Below are positions 39,342 to 50,117 of a stretch of DNA of 64,000 nucleotides, piece after piece. Numbering within the stretch: position 1 is the first letter of the stretch; every line of letters starts with the position of its first letter. The notes beneath the pieces were generated by a model. It ran no database searches. It was not told where the DNA came from and was given only the letters and a program-made list of their open reading frames with translations. Origin of the DNA: an uncultured Candidatus Saccharibacteria bacterium (GTDB lineage Bacteria > Patescibacteriota > Dojkabacteria > SC72); contig CAZEQZ010000002.1 of assembly GCA_964514595.1 (NCBI GenBank), positions 185,663-249,662 on the forward strand, written 5' to 3'. The translations under genes were made by a program, and so were the position numbers.

Positions 39342-42300
39342 TTATCTTACACTAGGATGCCAGTTACCTACACCCTTTATAACCCTTACGAAGTATGATC
39401 TTTGTTTTTCTATAGGAAAATCAAAGCCGTAGGTTTGAGCACTACCCTCTACAGAAGTATCTCTTTGAAAACCTTCATACGACCCCTTACTCTCTTGCCA
39501 CCTAGTAACATTATCTGCATCAAAATCTATACCTTTGTAGTTAGCTATGTCTTCTAATAATGATTTAGCTGTGTATGATTTAGCCTTAGAACCGTATACC
39601 CCTACTAAGTTCCATCCAGGAATTAGTAGTATGGGTGCAGAATCTCCTATTTGTTCATATTTTATTTCTTTACCAAAGAGAGAAACTCTTATATCCTTTT
39701 TAACATTTAACAGATATCCCTCACCTGGGAGTATCCTAAAGTCATTCTGATCATAGTTACCTGCATTAGCTCCAACTGAGATCCATTTACCATTTTCTAA
39801 TTTTGATATAGAGGAAACAGAATTACCAATGACACTGTTTAGATATTTAATAAGACCGGAAGCTTTATTTAATTCAGATCTTTCATTTATAAAAGGAAAG
39901 GATATCAAATTGAAACCTTTTTTAAGGTCATACCTGTATTCTCTTTGTATTGTAATAACCTCTAAGGTTTCAAAATCTTTACTTAGATTAGTATCTCCTG
40001 AGTCTATTATTCCGTTACCATTAGAGTCCAAGTATACATCAGCACCTTTTGAGTCTGTATCATTTATTATAGCTAAGTAATAATCACCATTTACATTGAA
40101 TATATGCACCCCTCTTCCTACCCTCTCCAAGATGTCTTCTTTTGTATTTATAATATATGACTCGAACTCCTCTGTCTCTTCAGCAAAAACTTTCCCTAAG
40201 ATACTAAATCCTTTGCTCTCAAAGCTTAAGCTTTTATCTTCATTTGTATTCTGAATACTACACCTAGTGTATCTCCCTGAGCCCGAGCCACATACTCCAA
40301 AGTCTTCTATATACGTTTTTATAGCAAAATTTCTATCTTGTGTTGCTTTCATACTCTCGTATTTTTCCTGAGTAATAGGGACCCACTCTTCCTCTGCTGT
40401 AAATTCGTTAATTAATATAGTGGCTACTACAACTCCCCCTACCACAAGAGCTGCTGTTCCCAATCCGACACCCGTTGTTGCCGCTGCTGCTTCTGTAGTT
40501 ATATATATTGTTGGCGCCTGACTAACCGCAAGAGCTGAAGTAGAAGTAGATGCGGCTGTGGTAGCTAGCGATGAGCCTGTGTATACTGTAAGTGCTTTGG
40601 TCCCTACGTAGGGGACAATAGGATACAAACTAGCAGAGGCATATGGCATATCATCAAGTATCTTCTGTATTTCAGGATCTGGTTCTTTTGCATTATTTTC
40701 TTTAAACTTTGCCCATAGTCGATCTACTGCACCTATACTATCACAGTGATAATACATACCTGTATCCGCATTATGATATAGAGTACCCGCTTGCCCATCA
40801 CATTCCTTTCCTGACAAATTGTCAGCCGGAGGGACTTGTAGAAAAGGCATTGCCTGAGCACCAGCTTCTGCATCTATACCAACCCCTTCATCTGGACTCA
40901 TAGAAATACCGTACTCATGTCCTTCGATCCCCCAACGTTTCGTTTCTCCATTACATTTAAGACTACCATCTATGGTAACATAGCCATCACTAAACCAACA
41001 TTTATATGTATAACTATAACAATCCCGTGTAGTACCTGTATTAAATCCTCCACATAGACCTCTACTGTCGGCTTCATCCGCCATTCTATCCCTTAATTCA
41101 TCTGTATATTTATCTTCCGTATCTGGATGTACTTTCACTCTTCCATCTGGGGTACATAAGCACATTTGTGCTGGACCGATGGGTTTTTGTTCATTTGCAC
41201 ACGCACAATCACACTCTTGACTATTACTATATCCACACATCCCCATGTGTCCACAAATATCACCTACACATGTACCTTGTACTCTATTAAAATTAATCTC
41301 ACAATCAGAAGTAAAAACGTCAAAGGTCCCAAGACCAGAAACATTAATTCTTTTACACATTGGAATATCTACCCCATCTATTTTTTTTGTACATGCGTCG
41401 TTAAAACAACTTCCCAGTTCACAACTAACTGAACCTTGCCCCCCACTTGTATCTCTTCCATTAGAACCTGCAAATATCTGTTCATTTATATCCGCATCTA
41501 TAGGGTCCGTACAAGAACCATCAAGCGGATCTAAACAATACCCACCATCATTACTAGGTTCAAATTTAGGAGTACAATCGGGATCCCCCCACCCCAATCT
41601 AGAATCACTACAAACTTCACATTGATTATTATCTCCTCCATCTGTATCCTCCGCACTCACTCCGAAAACAAAAGCTCTTAAATCTATACCATTGAAATCC
41701 TTATTTGTATTAACTACCTCCTTATTCTCTTTCCCAAAAGAATTACCCTCATATATGACACTCTCATCTAACTCATCATCCATTCTCATATCTATAGCCT
41801 TTGCAGGTGCCTTATTATATACATCTATCTCAGTACTCCATCTCCCTTTCCACGTATTCTCTATCGTTAACTTAAGTTTTATATATGTACCTTCATAATC
41901 CTTTACACTATCCCAAAAAGTTGTACCATCCTCCATATATGCATTCATAATATCTAAATACCATCCACCTTCTTCATTTGTAATAGATGAAATCATCTCA
42001 GATTCCACTTGATATATCTCTTCATATACCGTCGCATACACTATTGCATCAGAAGGCCTCTCATAGCCAACCACATCATCTACGTAGTACCTAACAACTC
42101 CATATGCTGGTTCAGGAGTCCTAATTTCCTCAATCTCTTTTCCTGTCTTAAAAGAGTATTCCCCAGTATTCTCAGAAGAAACCCTCTTAAACACATTCCC
42201 ATCCCCAATCATGAAATAGTACTCTTTATTAGATTCCAAACCTCGTATGGTAGCATGATGGACATAATATTCACCCATATCTGTAACTACTATATCGGTA

Positions 42301-42731
42301 AATATCTCCCCTGCATCCACACTACTACTTCCTTCCTCTGATACTTTCTCAGAATTCCTCTGTGCCTCATCTAATTCAGCCTTAGTATAGTCTCTATCAT
42401 CATATGCTAACAAAGAGTTTCCAATCTTGGGCATAAAGGGAAGAATAAAATTTCTCTCCTGATACATAACCATCCCAGGAGTTGGCTCTTCTGTAATCCA
42501 AGATACTGTTGCTGATCCTGCAGTCACATTACTAACCATTACCCTATATGGCACAAAAGAGGATGCCTTATACCATCCCCATATACCTATTCCTATAACG
42601 GCTACTAAACAAACAACTAATACAGGAATAATTACTTTAAGGAAATTAAACTTACCCTTTTCTTTAACCTCAACTTGCTGAACCTGCGGTTCTACGACTG
42701 AAGGAGGAGTCTCTTGATTACCTTCGTACAT
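39342..42731 (-). CDS. Large modular surface protein (FN3-like, Cys-rich centre, C-terminal GxNL repeats)
   Basis: N-terminal TM, SNVTAGSATVSWIT...HHATIRGL, Cys-rich region, LKKGFNLISFP and PGWNLVG repeats. Confidence 0.75.
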   Translation of the reverse strand: MYEGNQETPPSVVEPQVQQVEVKEKGKFNFLKVIIPVLVVCLVAVIGIGIWGWYKASSFVPYRVMVSNVTAGSATVSWITEEPTPGMVMYQERNFILPFMPKIGNSLLAYDDRDYTKAELDEAQRNSEKVSEEGSSSVDAGEIFTDIVVTDMGEYYVHHATIRGLESNKEYYFMIGDGNVFKRVSSENTGEYSFKTGKEIEEIRTPEPAYGVVRYYVDDVVGYERPSDAIVYATVYEEIYQVESEMISSITNEEGGWYLDIMNAYMEDGTTFWDSVKDYEGTYIKLKLTIENTWKGRWSTEIDVYNKAPAKAIDMRMDDELDESVIYEGNSFGKENKEVVNTNKDFNGIDLRAFVFGVSAEDTDGGDNNQCEVCSDSRLGWGDPDCTPKFEPSNDGGYCLDPLDGSCTDPIDADINEQIFAGSNGRDTSGGQGSVSCELGSCFNDACTKKIDGVDIPMCKRINVSGLGTFDVFTSDCEINFNRVQGTCVGDICGHMGMCGYSNSQECDCACANEQKPIGPAQMCLCTPDGRVKVHPDTEDKYTDELRDRMADEADSRGLCGGFNTGTTRDCYSYTYKCWFSDGYVTIDGSLKCNGETKRWGIEGHEYGISMSPDEGVGIDAEAGAQAMPFLQVPPADNLSGKECDGQAGTLYHNADTGMYYHCDSIGAVDRLWAKFKENNAKEPDPEIQKILDDMPYASASLYPIVPYVGTKALTVYTGSSLATTAASTSTSALAVSQAPTIYITTEAAAATTGVGLGTAALVVGGVVVATILINEFTAEEEWVPITQEKYESMKATQDRNFAIKTYIEDFGVCGSGSGRYTRCSIQNTNEDKSLSFESKGFSILGKVFAEETEEFESYIINTKEDILERVGRGVHIFNVNGDYYLAIINDTDSKGADVYLDSNGNGIIDSGDTNLSKDFETLEVITIQREYRYDLKKGFNLISFPFINERSELNKASGLIKYLNSVIGNSVSSISKLENGKWISVGANAGNYDQNDFRILPGEGYLLNVKKDIRVSLFGKEIKYEQIGDSAPILLIPGWNLVGVYGSKAKSYTAKSLLEDIANYKGIDFDADNVTRWQESKGSYEGFQRDTSVEGSAQTYGFDFPIEKQRSYFVRVIKGVGNWHPSVR

Positions 42732-42802
42732 AGAAAATTTCTATCAAATTATTACTTAAAATTAACACAACAGACCTAAGAATACAAGCATTCTCTATAG
42801 CT

Positions 42803-43126
42803 CTACTTCTTCAAACCTGAGAAAAAATCTCCTACTATTGATATTGTACTACCTATCTTCTTAATGGGTATTAGTATAGCTTCATTTATCTTCCCAACAG
42901 TACCTTTTACTGTGGACACCATATCCTGCACATCATCTACTATGAGAGTAGCCTGTTCCATTATCTTGTTAGCATTCTTTATTATCTCTCTGGAATCTTT
43001 AACAGCATCCTTCGATTCCCTTATGAGCATAGCCAAATAGTATAGAACCAAGGAGAACATAATCGTAATGGCCGATACAATAATCATCCAAAATATCGCC
43101 GGTATTTCTGACATAGTAATAATCAT
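42803..43126 (-). CDS. Small TM plus coiled-coil protein (DUF948-like)
   Basis: N-terminal TM followed by amphipathic heptads. Confidence 0.6.
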   Translation of the reverse strand: MIITMSEIPAIFWMIIVSAITIMFSLVLYYLAMLIRESKDAVKDSREIIKNANKIMEQATLIVDDVQDMVSTVKGTVGKINEAILIPIKKIGSTISIVGDFFSGLKK

Positions 43127-43196
43127 AAAAGTTTAATTTATACCTATATATAATAGAAAAATGATTAATATGTCAAATATAATGATATAATCACTA

Positions 43197-43934
43197 ATGC
43201 AAAAATTCTTTATTAGACACAAATTAAAGGTTGGAGATATAACTAACCTCTCTGATTCAGACAGTGAGATAGTTATTAAGGGAGGAAAACTCAACATAGA
43301 GGATATTGTGGAGATAGAGACATATGAAAAAATATTCTATGCACAAATAACTGACATTACGAAATCAAGTGTTGAGGTAGAGATTATAGAAGAGATCGGA
43401 GAAAGAAATAGTGAATATGTTCCTAGTATCACAATAATACAGTCACTGAGTCATGACAGTAAGTTTAACTATTTTATAGAAAAGAGTGTGGAAATTGGTA
43501 TAGAAAAAATAATACCTATACAATCTAAATACTCTCTAAAGACAAAAGCTAAAGCTATTAAAGATGTTGGATTTTGGAACAAGTTAGTAAAAGATGCAGT
43601 AGAACAATCCAGGAATATATTCCCCACTATAATTGAAAGACCCATTAGAATAGATGAACTCAAAGAATATACATTTCCAACGGATAGTATAAAGATATGT
43701 CTTAGTACAGAAACTGTGGACTCTAAATACCTTAATCAGATAGTTAAAAACATAGATCTGTCTAAACCAATATATATAGCCATAGGTCCTGAGAAAGGAT
43801 GGAGTTCATCTGACTTAAATGTATTTAAGGAATTAGACTTTAAATTTGTTAAATTAAGGGGAAATATCCTCAGAACAGAGACAACTGGTTTAGTTATTGG
43901 TAGTATACTTAAATATTTGAAAGGAGAGATATAG
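43197..43934 (+). CDS. rsmE: 16S rRNA m3U1498 methyltransferase
   Basis: EKSVEIG, AVEQSR, IGPEKGW, LRGNILRTET. Confidence 0.93.
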   Translation: MQKFFIRHKLKVGDITNLSDSDSEIVIKGGKLNIEDIVEIETYEKIFYAQITDITKSSVEVEIIEEIGERNSEYVPSITIIQSLSHDSKFNYFIEKSVEIGIEKIIPIQSKYSLKTKAKAIKDVGFWNKLVKDAVEQSRNIFPTIIERPIRIDELKEYTFPTDSIKICLSTETVDSKYLNQIVKNIDLSKPIYIAIGPEKGWSSSDLNVFKELDFKFVKLRGNILRTETTGLVIGSILKYLKGEI

Positions 43935-44932
43935 TGAAAAAAAGAAGATCAAATTATAAACAATCTAGAAAGAAGGATTATAGTAAGCCAGACAGATTCT
44001 ATACTAAAGAAGATATATTCATATCTAGAATGGCCAGTATACTGATGCTTCCCAAATCTAAGATAGTGCCTCTATTCTCTCAGAGGTCCATAACAACCAT
44101 TAGATTAAATCCATTAAAAGGAGATGTTATTAGAATGAAAAATTCGTTAATCAAGAAGGGATACAATCTGGAAGAGATAAATGGTGTTGCTAATGCATAC
44201 TTTGTTTTAAATAAGGATAAGAGTGAGATATCACAAACTGATGAATATTTTAGTGGGAAATTCTACATACAAAATCTCTCTAGTATACTTCCTTCCATAC
44301 TACTAGATCCTAAGGAAGATGAAGTTATTTTGGATATGTGCGCTGCACCTGGTAGTAAAACTACTCACCTAGCTGCATTAATGAATAATAAAGGTGAGAT
44401 TATTGCAAATGATTCGGAAATGTCTAGGGTATCATCTTTAAAAAATGTACTTGAGCAATTTGGTGTAAAGAATACAAAGGTTGTAATGAGTGATGCTAGA
44501 GATTTTGGGAAGCAGTATCCTGCTACCTTTGATAAAGTATTATTGGATGCACCATGTAGTGGGGAGGGATTAATATATTTTAGAGGATCCAAACCATTGA
44601 GATTTTGGGGTATAGATAGAATAAAAAGATATACATTCCTACAAAGAGAGTTACTGGAGAGTGCATTTTTAGCATTAAAGCATGGGAAACATATGATCTA
44701 CTCCACATGTACATTAGAGCCAGAAGAGAATGAAGGAGTAGTTACATACCTATTAAACAAATATCCCAATGCCAGATTAGAGGAAATCAAAATGGACAAG
44801 GATATACAGTATGTAGGTGGCATAAGAAAATGGAGTGGTAATATATATGATCCTTCTATAAAGAAGAGTATACGTATACTACCAACAAGCAAGACTATGG
44901 CATTTTACATTGCTAAAATATTTAAGGAGTAG
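43934..44932 (+). CDS. RsmB/RsmF/NOP2-family RNA m5C methyltransferase
   Basis: DMCAAPGSKT, DAPCSGEG, YSTCTLEPEENE. Confidence 0.93.
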   Translation: MKKRRSNYKQSRKKDYSKPDRFYTKEDIFISRMASILMLPKSKIVPLFSQRSITTIRLNPLKGDVIRMKNSLIKKGYNLEEINGVANAYFVLNKDKSEISQTDEYFSGKFYIQNLSSILPSILLDPKEDEVILDMCAAPGSKTTHLAALMNNKGEIIANDSEMSRVSSLKNVLEQFGVKNTKVVMSDARDFGKQYPATFDKVLLDAPCSGEGLIYFRGSKPLRFWGIDRIKRYTFLQRELLESAFLALKHGKHMIYSTCTLEPEENEGVVTYLLNKYPNARLEEIKMDKDIQYVGGIRKWSGNIYDPSIKKSIRILPTSKTMAFYIAKIFKE

Positions 44933-44940
44933 AAAAATTT

Positions 44941-45903
44941 TTATTCTTGAAAGCAATCCTCAATAATCTCAAGAAGATAACTCTTATCAATAGCTTCATC
45001 TTCTAAATACTCCTTCAGTTTTGTTATCTCTGATAGAGAAATATCTTTATCATCCAAATCATTACATGTCCTAATATTTGTAATAGAATCTCCATCCCAT
45101 ACTTCCCAAATTAATGGTTCAATATCTCCATTTAACTTACTTTTACTAAAATAAAATATGTTTCTTTCTGTGGATTGGTGATTAAAAGTAGTAAGTACTC
45201 TAATTTCACTTTCGTTTTCAAAAATATTAAATAATAAGATGTTGTTATCATCATCTACATCTATATAATGTGTTCTTTTAATAGATTCGGTTGGAAAAGA
45301 TTCAAATATTTTTGAATGTTCTTTCTCTATTTCTTCAATGGTTTCTGTTGTTCCAAGATAACCAAAATGGATATAATACTCTTCTGGAGAATCAGTATAA
45401 TAAGCCTTAATAATAAAATACATATCTGAGCCATTTTCCCAAACCTCCGAAACCTCATAGAATACCCCTCCACTATAAGGACTTAATATCTGACGTTTAG
45501 AATCTCTTTCAAAATCATTTTCTATTAAGATACTAGAGAGATTGTTGTATAAAGAATTTGACTTGCTATTATTTAATCCTTCTGAACTTCTTAACCATAA
45601 CATTTCTGAATATCTAACAATGAATCTAAAGCCATAGCTCTCATTGGCCCAATCAATTTTTTTATGACTTATTCCTTCATCTGAGTTTTTCCAGTTTGTT
45701 AGTTCGTAGACATCATCCATTAAATCCTCAGACGAATACTCTTTATTTAGTTCAGAGGAAAAGAAACTTTTGTAACAGAATATAGCAAGAAGAGAAAAGC
45801 CAACGAAGAACAGAACAAAGAATAACGTTTTCAGATATAATTTATTCTGAAAAACTGGTATCTTACTACCAATTTCTTCAGCCCATCTTCTTATAGTTTC
45901 CAT
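44941..45903 (-). CDS. Membrane-anchored hypothetical protein
   Basis: 320-aa ORF with a single TM near the N-terminus; no recognisable motif. Confidence 0.65.
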   Translation of the reverse strand: METIRRWAEEIGSKIPVFQNKLYLKTLFFVLFFVGFSLLAIFCYKSFFSSELNKEYSSEDLMDDVYELTNWKNSDEGISHKKIDWANESYGFRFIVRYSEMLWLRSSEGLNNSKSNSLYNNLSSILIENDFERDSKRQILSPYSGGVFYEVSEVWENGSDMYFIIKAYYTDSPEEYYIHFGYLGTTETIEEIEKEHSKIFESFPTESIKRTHYIDVDDDNNILLFNIFENESEIRVLTTFNHQSTERNIFYFSKSKLNGDIEPLIWEVWDGDSITNIRTCNDLDDKDISLSEITKLKEYLEDEAIDKSYLLEIIEDCFQE

Positions 45904-45989
45904 TGAGAGCGAGTATTAAACTTAAGTAGCTTAAGTCCATAATACTACTTAAGTTTTTTTGATACAACAAAGAAGAGATTACTCCACTA

Positions 45990-48071
45990 TTACTTCTCCA
46001 ATCCCTTTATACTAAGCTTTATCTTTCCCTGACTATCTACACCTACTACCTTTACTTTTATGATGTCTCCTTCATTGACATACTTTCTTACGTCCTTGAT
46101 AAATTCGTCCGCTATCTCGGATACATGAAGTAATCCTGCTACACCTGGTGCTAGATCTACAAATGCACCGTAGTTCATTATAGATGCAACCTTACCCTCA
46201 TATATCTCTCCGACCTCAGGTTTAAAATCGTATCCTGCTACTAACTTCTTAGCCATCTCTATAGATTCCTCCGATGAACTATATATATTTACAGTACCAT
46301 CCTCCTCTATCTCTAATTCTGCTCCTGTTCTCTCTGATATCTCACGGATATTTTTACCTCCTGGTCCAATTATTTCTCCTATCTTATCCTTTGGTACTTT
46401 AATCTGTACTACCCTGGGAGCATACTTAGACATATTTGTTCTGGGCTCTGCTATAGCCTCTGCCATTTTTTCTAATACCTTCAACCTTGCCTCTTTCGAT
46501 TGTTTAAATGTTTGTTCAACAATCTCCATACTCAAACCCTTCAATTTGGTATCCATCTGTACTGCTGTAACTCCATCTGTAGTACCTATGATTTTGAAAT
46601 CCATATCCCCGTAGAAATCCTCCACACCTTGCATATCAGTTAGAACCTTAAAGTTTCCTTTTTCATCCGTTACCAAACCACAAGCTATACCTCCTACTGC
46701 CTTCTTTATAGGGACTCCTGCTCCCATCAATGCCATTGTAGATCCACAGGCTGAAGCCATGGAACTTGATCCATTCTCTCCCTGTATTTCACTCATTACT
46801 AGCATTGTATATGGAAATTCTTCTTCTGATGGTATCACAGGCCAAAGACCTTTTTCTGCTAACATACCATGCCCTATGGCTCTTCTACTTGGCATTAATT
46901 TGACCCTATCTGCATCACCGTATGCAAATGGAAGATCATTATAGAAGTGCATATACCTTTGCTCTCTTTCCCCTTCCATATCATCTACTAATCTAACATC
47001 CCTAAGACTACCTAATGTAGCTATTGTCAATGTCTGTGTTACACCTCTGGTAAATAAAGCGGACCCGTGTACCCTAGGCAGAAGATCCATTTCTACTTCC
47101 ATCTCCCTAATCTCCTCCATTTTTCTTCCATCAGATCTAACATCTTCATTCATAACCAGTTTCCTTAATGCTTTCTTAAGTAATAAATCATACGCCTCAT
47201 TCATGTTAGTTTTAGAATATTTACCTTCAAACTTTTCATACAACTCCTTCTTAGCAATATCGTGAATAGTAGAGTCTGATGCTTGAAGATTTTCGGTAAT
47301 TCTTTTTTCAGTCAAAAATTCTTTTACCTTCTCTATCAACTCCTCTGGAGTAGTGATAGATTCGTATGACTTGTCCTTACTCTCTAATTTCTTTAAAAAA
47401 CTGCCCTGAGCATCCAACCACACCTTCATATATTTCAAAGACTCCTTCATACCCTCTATCATTTTCCCTTCTTCAACTTCATATGCCCCTGCGTCTATCA
47501 TGGTGAATGTTTGACCATCACCTGCTACTACATAATTCATTTTCTCCTCCTGTGATGTCAAATCCATAGATTTAAGGATATTTGTTGGAGAGTCATTTTC
47601 TAAACCAACCCTTACACCTGCTATTGGTCCCTCAAATGGAGACTTAGAATTCATCAAAGCAACAGATACTGCATTAATAGCCAATATCAAAGGATCATTC
47701 TCCACGTCATATGACATTACTGTAACTATTACACTTACCTCATTCTTATAATCATGGGGGAATCTTGGCCTAATAGCCCTATCTATCATCCTCGCTTTAA
47801 GTACTGCATCATCCGTAGGGAATCTCTCTCTTTTTACAAATCTAGACCCACTAATCTTTCCTGAAGCATAGAATTTTTCTATGTATTCTACTGAAAGAGG
47901 AAAATAATCAAACTCACCAGACGATGGTTTACTGTTTACATTAACTGTAATTACTGTATCACCCATTCTTGCTAATATGGATGACTCTGATCTGAGAGCT
48001 AATTTTCCTGTTTCAAAGGAACACTTTCTACCCTCTATTTCAAACTCATGTTTTATTTCTTTAAACAACAT
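45990..48071 (-). CDS. pnp: Polyribonucleotide nucleotidyltransferase
   Basis: ETGKLA, RMIDRAIRP, NGSSSMASACG, GDMDFK, KH and S1 domains. Confidence 0.97.
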   Translation of the reverse strand: MLFKEIKHEFEIEGRKCSFETGKLALRSESSILARMGDTVITVNVNSKPSSGEFDYFPLSVEYIEKFYASGKISGSRFVKRERFPTDDAVLKARMIDRAIRPRFPHDYKNEVSVIVTVMSYDVENDPLILAINAVSVALMNSKSPFEGPIAGVRVGLENDSPTNILKSMDLTSQEEKMNYVVAGDGQTFTMIDAGAYEVEEGKMIEGMKESLKYMKVWLDAQGSFLKKLESKDKSYESITTPEELIEKVKEFLTEKRITENLQASDSTIHDIAKKELYEKFEGKYSKTNMNEAYDLLLKKALRKLVMNEDVRSDGRKMEEIREMEVEMDLLPRVHGSALFTRGVTQTLTIATLGSLRDVRLVDDMEGEREQRYMHFYNDLPFAYGDADRVKLMPSRRAIGHGMLAEKGLWPVIPSEEEFPYTMLVMSEIQGENGSSSMASACGSTMALMGAGVPIKKAVGGIACGLVTDEKGNFKVLTDMQGVEDFYGDMDFKIIGTTDGVTAVQMDTKLKGLSMEIVEQTFKQSKEARLKVLEKMAEAIAEPRTNMSKYAPRVVQIKVPKDKIGEIIGPGGKNIREISERTGAELEIEEDGTVNIYSSSEESIEMAKKLVAGYDFKPEVGEIYEGKVASIMNYGAFVDLAPGVAGLLHVSEIADEFIKDVRKYVNEGDIIKVKVVGVDSQGKIKLSIKGLEK

Positions 48072-48166
48072 TTAAATATATATTTATTAATTTAATTTTA
48101 AGATCAAAAAACTGATCTATTTATTTTAATTGGAAAGTTTTTACAAAGAAAGAGGGGAAGAGGATA

Positions 48167-48430
48167 TTATATCTTCAACTTTTTTGAAAAGGTCTCGTAT
48201 CTTTCTGGTTCGCTACTCTTTAAATACTGTATTAACCTTCTTCTTTTACCAACCATATTTAAAAGACCTCTTCTAGAGTGGTTATCTTTCTTGTGAGTTT
48301 TAAGATGTTCACTTAGATCATTTATCTGTTGGGAGAGTAGTGCAATTTGTACTTCTGGGGAACCTGTATCACCCTCGTGGAGGGCGAACTTATCTACAAT
48401 CTCAGACTTTGCTTCCTTGGTTAATGACAT
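48167..48430 (-). CDS. rpsO: 30S ribosomal protein S15
   Basis: [24 protein letters not shown]; start MSLTK. Confidence 0.98.
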   Translation of the reverse strand: MSLTKEAKSEIVDKFALHEGDTGSPEVQIALLSQQINDLSEHLKTHKKDNHSRRGLLNMVGKRRRLIQYLKSSEPERYETFSKKLKI

Positions 48431-48536
48431 ATTAGTATAGGTTAGCATTATATAATTACATAATCAAGAGAGAATCCAACAAAATGGAAACGATAGCTAT
48501 TGTATACTTTTATAGGACATCTGTCAAGCATAATGG

Positions 48537-50096
48537 CTATTTAATAACCTTATAACAATGTATTTCGTCACCCTCTTTGACATCTATCTGATCTATTAAT
48601 TGAATTCCACAATCAAATCCAGTTTTCACCTCATTAACAGTATCTTTATTTATCCTCAAAGTCTTTATTTTTGATTCCCCAATTATCTCATCATCTCTTA
48701 CTATATCAACCTTACAATCCTTCTTAAGGTAGCCCTTGCTTACTCTACAACCCACTATCGTAGTACCATCGGACAGAGTAAATAGTGCCTTCACCTTTGC
48801 ACTTCCTATCTCCTCTTCCTTGCTTGTTGGCAATGACATCAATGATACGGCTTCCTGAACTTCTTCTATCAACTTATATATGATTTCATATGTTTTAACC
48901 AATATTCTTTTCTTTTTAGAATAGTCCATAACACCAGATTCTATTCCCACCTCAAATCCTAAAAGTATTGCTTTAGAAAGTTCTGCTAACTCCGCATCAC
49001 CCAAACTAATATTACCTACACCTGCGTTAACTATCTTAACCTTATATCCATCTTCCTCTATTTTACTCAGTGAATTAACTATAGCTTCTAAAGAACCTTC
49101 AGAAGAGCTTTTCACTACAACATTTAGGAAATCTCCTAAGTCTTCTTCACTCAAGGTGAAAAACTCTTCTAAAGTTACATCCTCTTCCTCGTCTTCTTTT
49201 TTTTCTTCTTTGTACATAGATCTTAATTTTGCTTCGTCCTTTTTTTCTAGAATATATATCTGGGTACCAAGCTCTAAGAGATTTGACACTCCAATAATCT
49301 TCCCTCCACAACCGCAATCAAGCATGCATAGATTTTCTCCTTCCTCTGTTATTATCCCCTTTACCTTCTCTAGAACAAATTCGCCATCTAATTTGTATCC
49401 TAACCAATTTCCTTGACACACCTCTCCCTGGATTAATGCTATTGAGGACATATTGCCTTTAAATTTATCCTTTACCGATTCCAACACGAATGCCTTCCCT
49501 AATATCCCAGAAGGAAGTTCATCAGACTCTCTTACTCCCTCTACTTCTGCAACGAGAAGTATTAAATCCAAAAGTTCTGGAATACCTTTTCCTGTTTTAC
49601 CAGAAACCTCGATCACAGGTACGCTTCCTCCATACCCTTCTAACTGAAGACCGTTATTAACTATATCTCTTTTTACCTTATCTAAAGATATATCTGGAAG
49701 ATCTGTTTTATTTATCACAGCAATTGGTTTGGCATCAGAATTGTTAATTATCTCTATTGATTCTTTTGTTTGAGGTTTAACACCATCATCAGCAGCTACT
49801 ACTAAAAGTACAATATCCGCAATACTACCTCCTCTAGATCTCATTAAATCAAATGCTTCATGGCCAGGAGTATCAACAAAAGTTACTCTCTCTCCATTAG
49901 GAATCTGTACTGTGAATACTGATACTTTCTGCGTTATACCACCTGCTTCACAACCCTGAACGTTGCTTTCTCTAATTTTATCTAGTATGGTGGTCTTTCC
50001 GTGATCTACATGTCCTAAGATAGTTACAATAGGGGGTCTAGCACAACCTTGTGTGCTTTTAGAGTCCTTGTTTGTAACCTTCTTTGCCTTAGGCAT
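48537..50096 (-). CDS. infB: Translation initiation factor IF-2 (short, no N-terminal domain)
   Basis: RPPIVTILGHVDHGKTT, DTPGHEAF, NKTD, C-terminal GFDCGI. Confidence 0.96.
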   Translation of the reverse strand: MPKAKKVTNKDSKSTQGCARPPIVTILGHVDHGKTTILDKIRESNVQGCEAGGITQKVSVFTVQIPNGERVTFVDTPGHEAFDLMRSRGGSIADIVLLVVAADDGVKPQTKESIEIINNSDAKPIAVINKTDLPDISLDKVKRDIVNNGLQLEGYGGSVPVIEVSGKTGKGIPELLDLILLVAEVEGVRESDELPSGILGKAFVLESVKDKFKGNMSSIALIQGEVCQGNWLGYKLDGEFVLEKVKGIITEEGENLCMLDCGCGGKIIGVSNLLELGTQIYILEKKDEAKLRSMYKEEKKEDEEEDVTLEEFFTLSEEDLGDFLNVVVKSSSEGSLEAIVNSLSKIEEDGYKVKIVNAGVGNISLGDAELAELSKAILLGFEVGIESGVMDYSKKKRILVKTYEIIYKLIEEVQEAVSLMSLPTSKEEEIGSAKVKALFTLSDGTTIVGCRVSKGYLKKDCKVDIVRDDEIIGESKIKTLRINKDTVNEVKTGFDCGIQLIDQIDVKEGDEIHCYKVIK

Positions 50097-50117
50097 TGTA
50101 GTATATTAATTATTAAA

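Noticed and set aside
38290-39432. 224-aa and 143-aa + strand ORFs
   Set aside because: They are antisense to FN3 surface genes; the Val/Gly repeat mirrors the PT linker.
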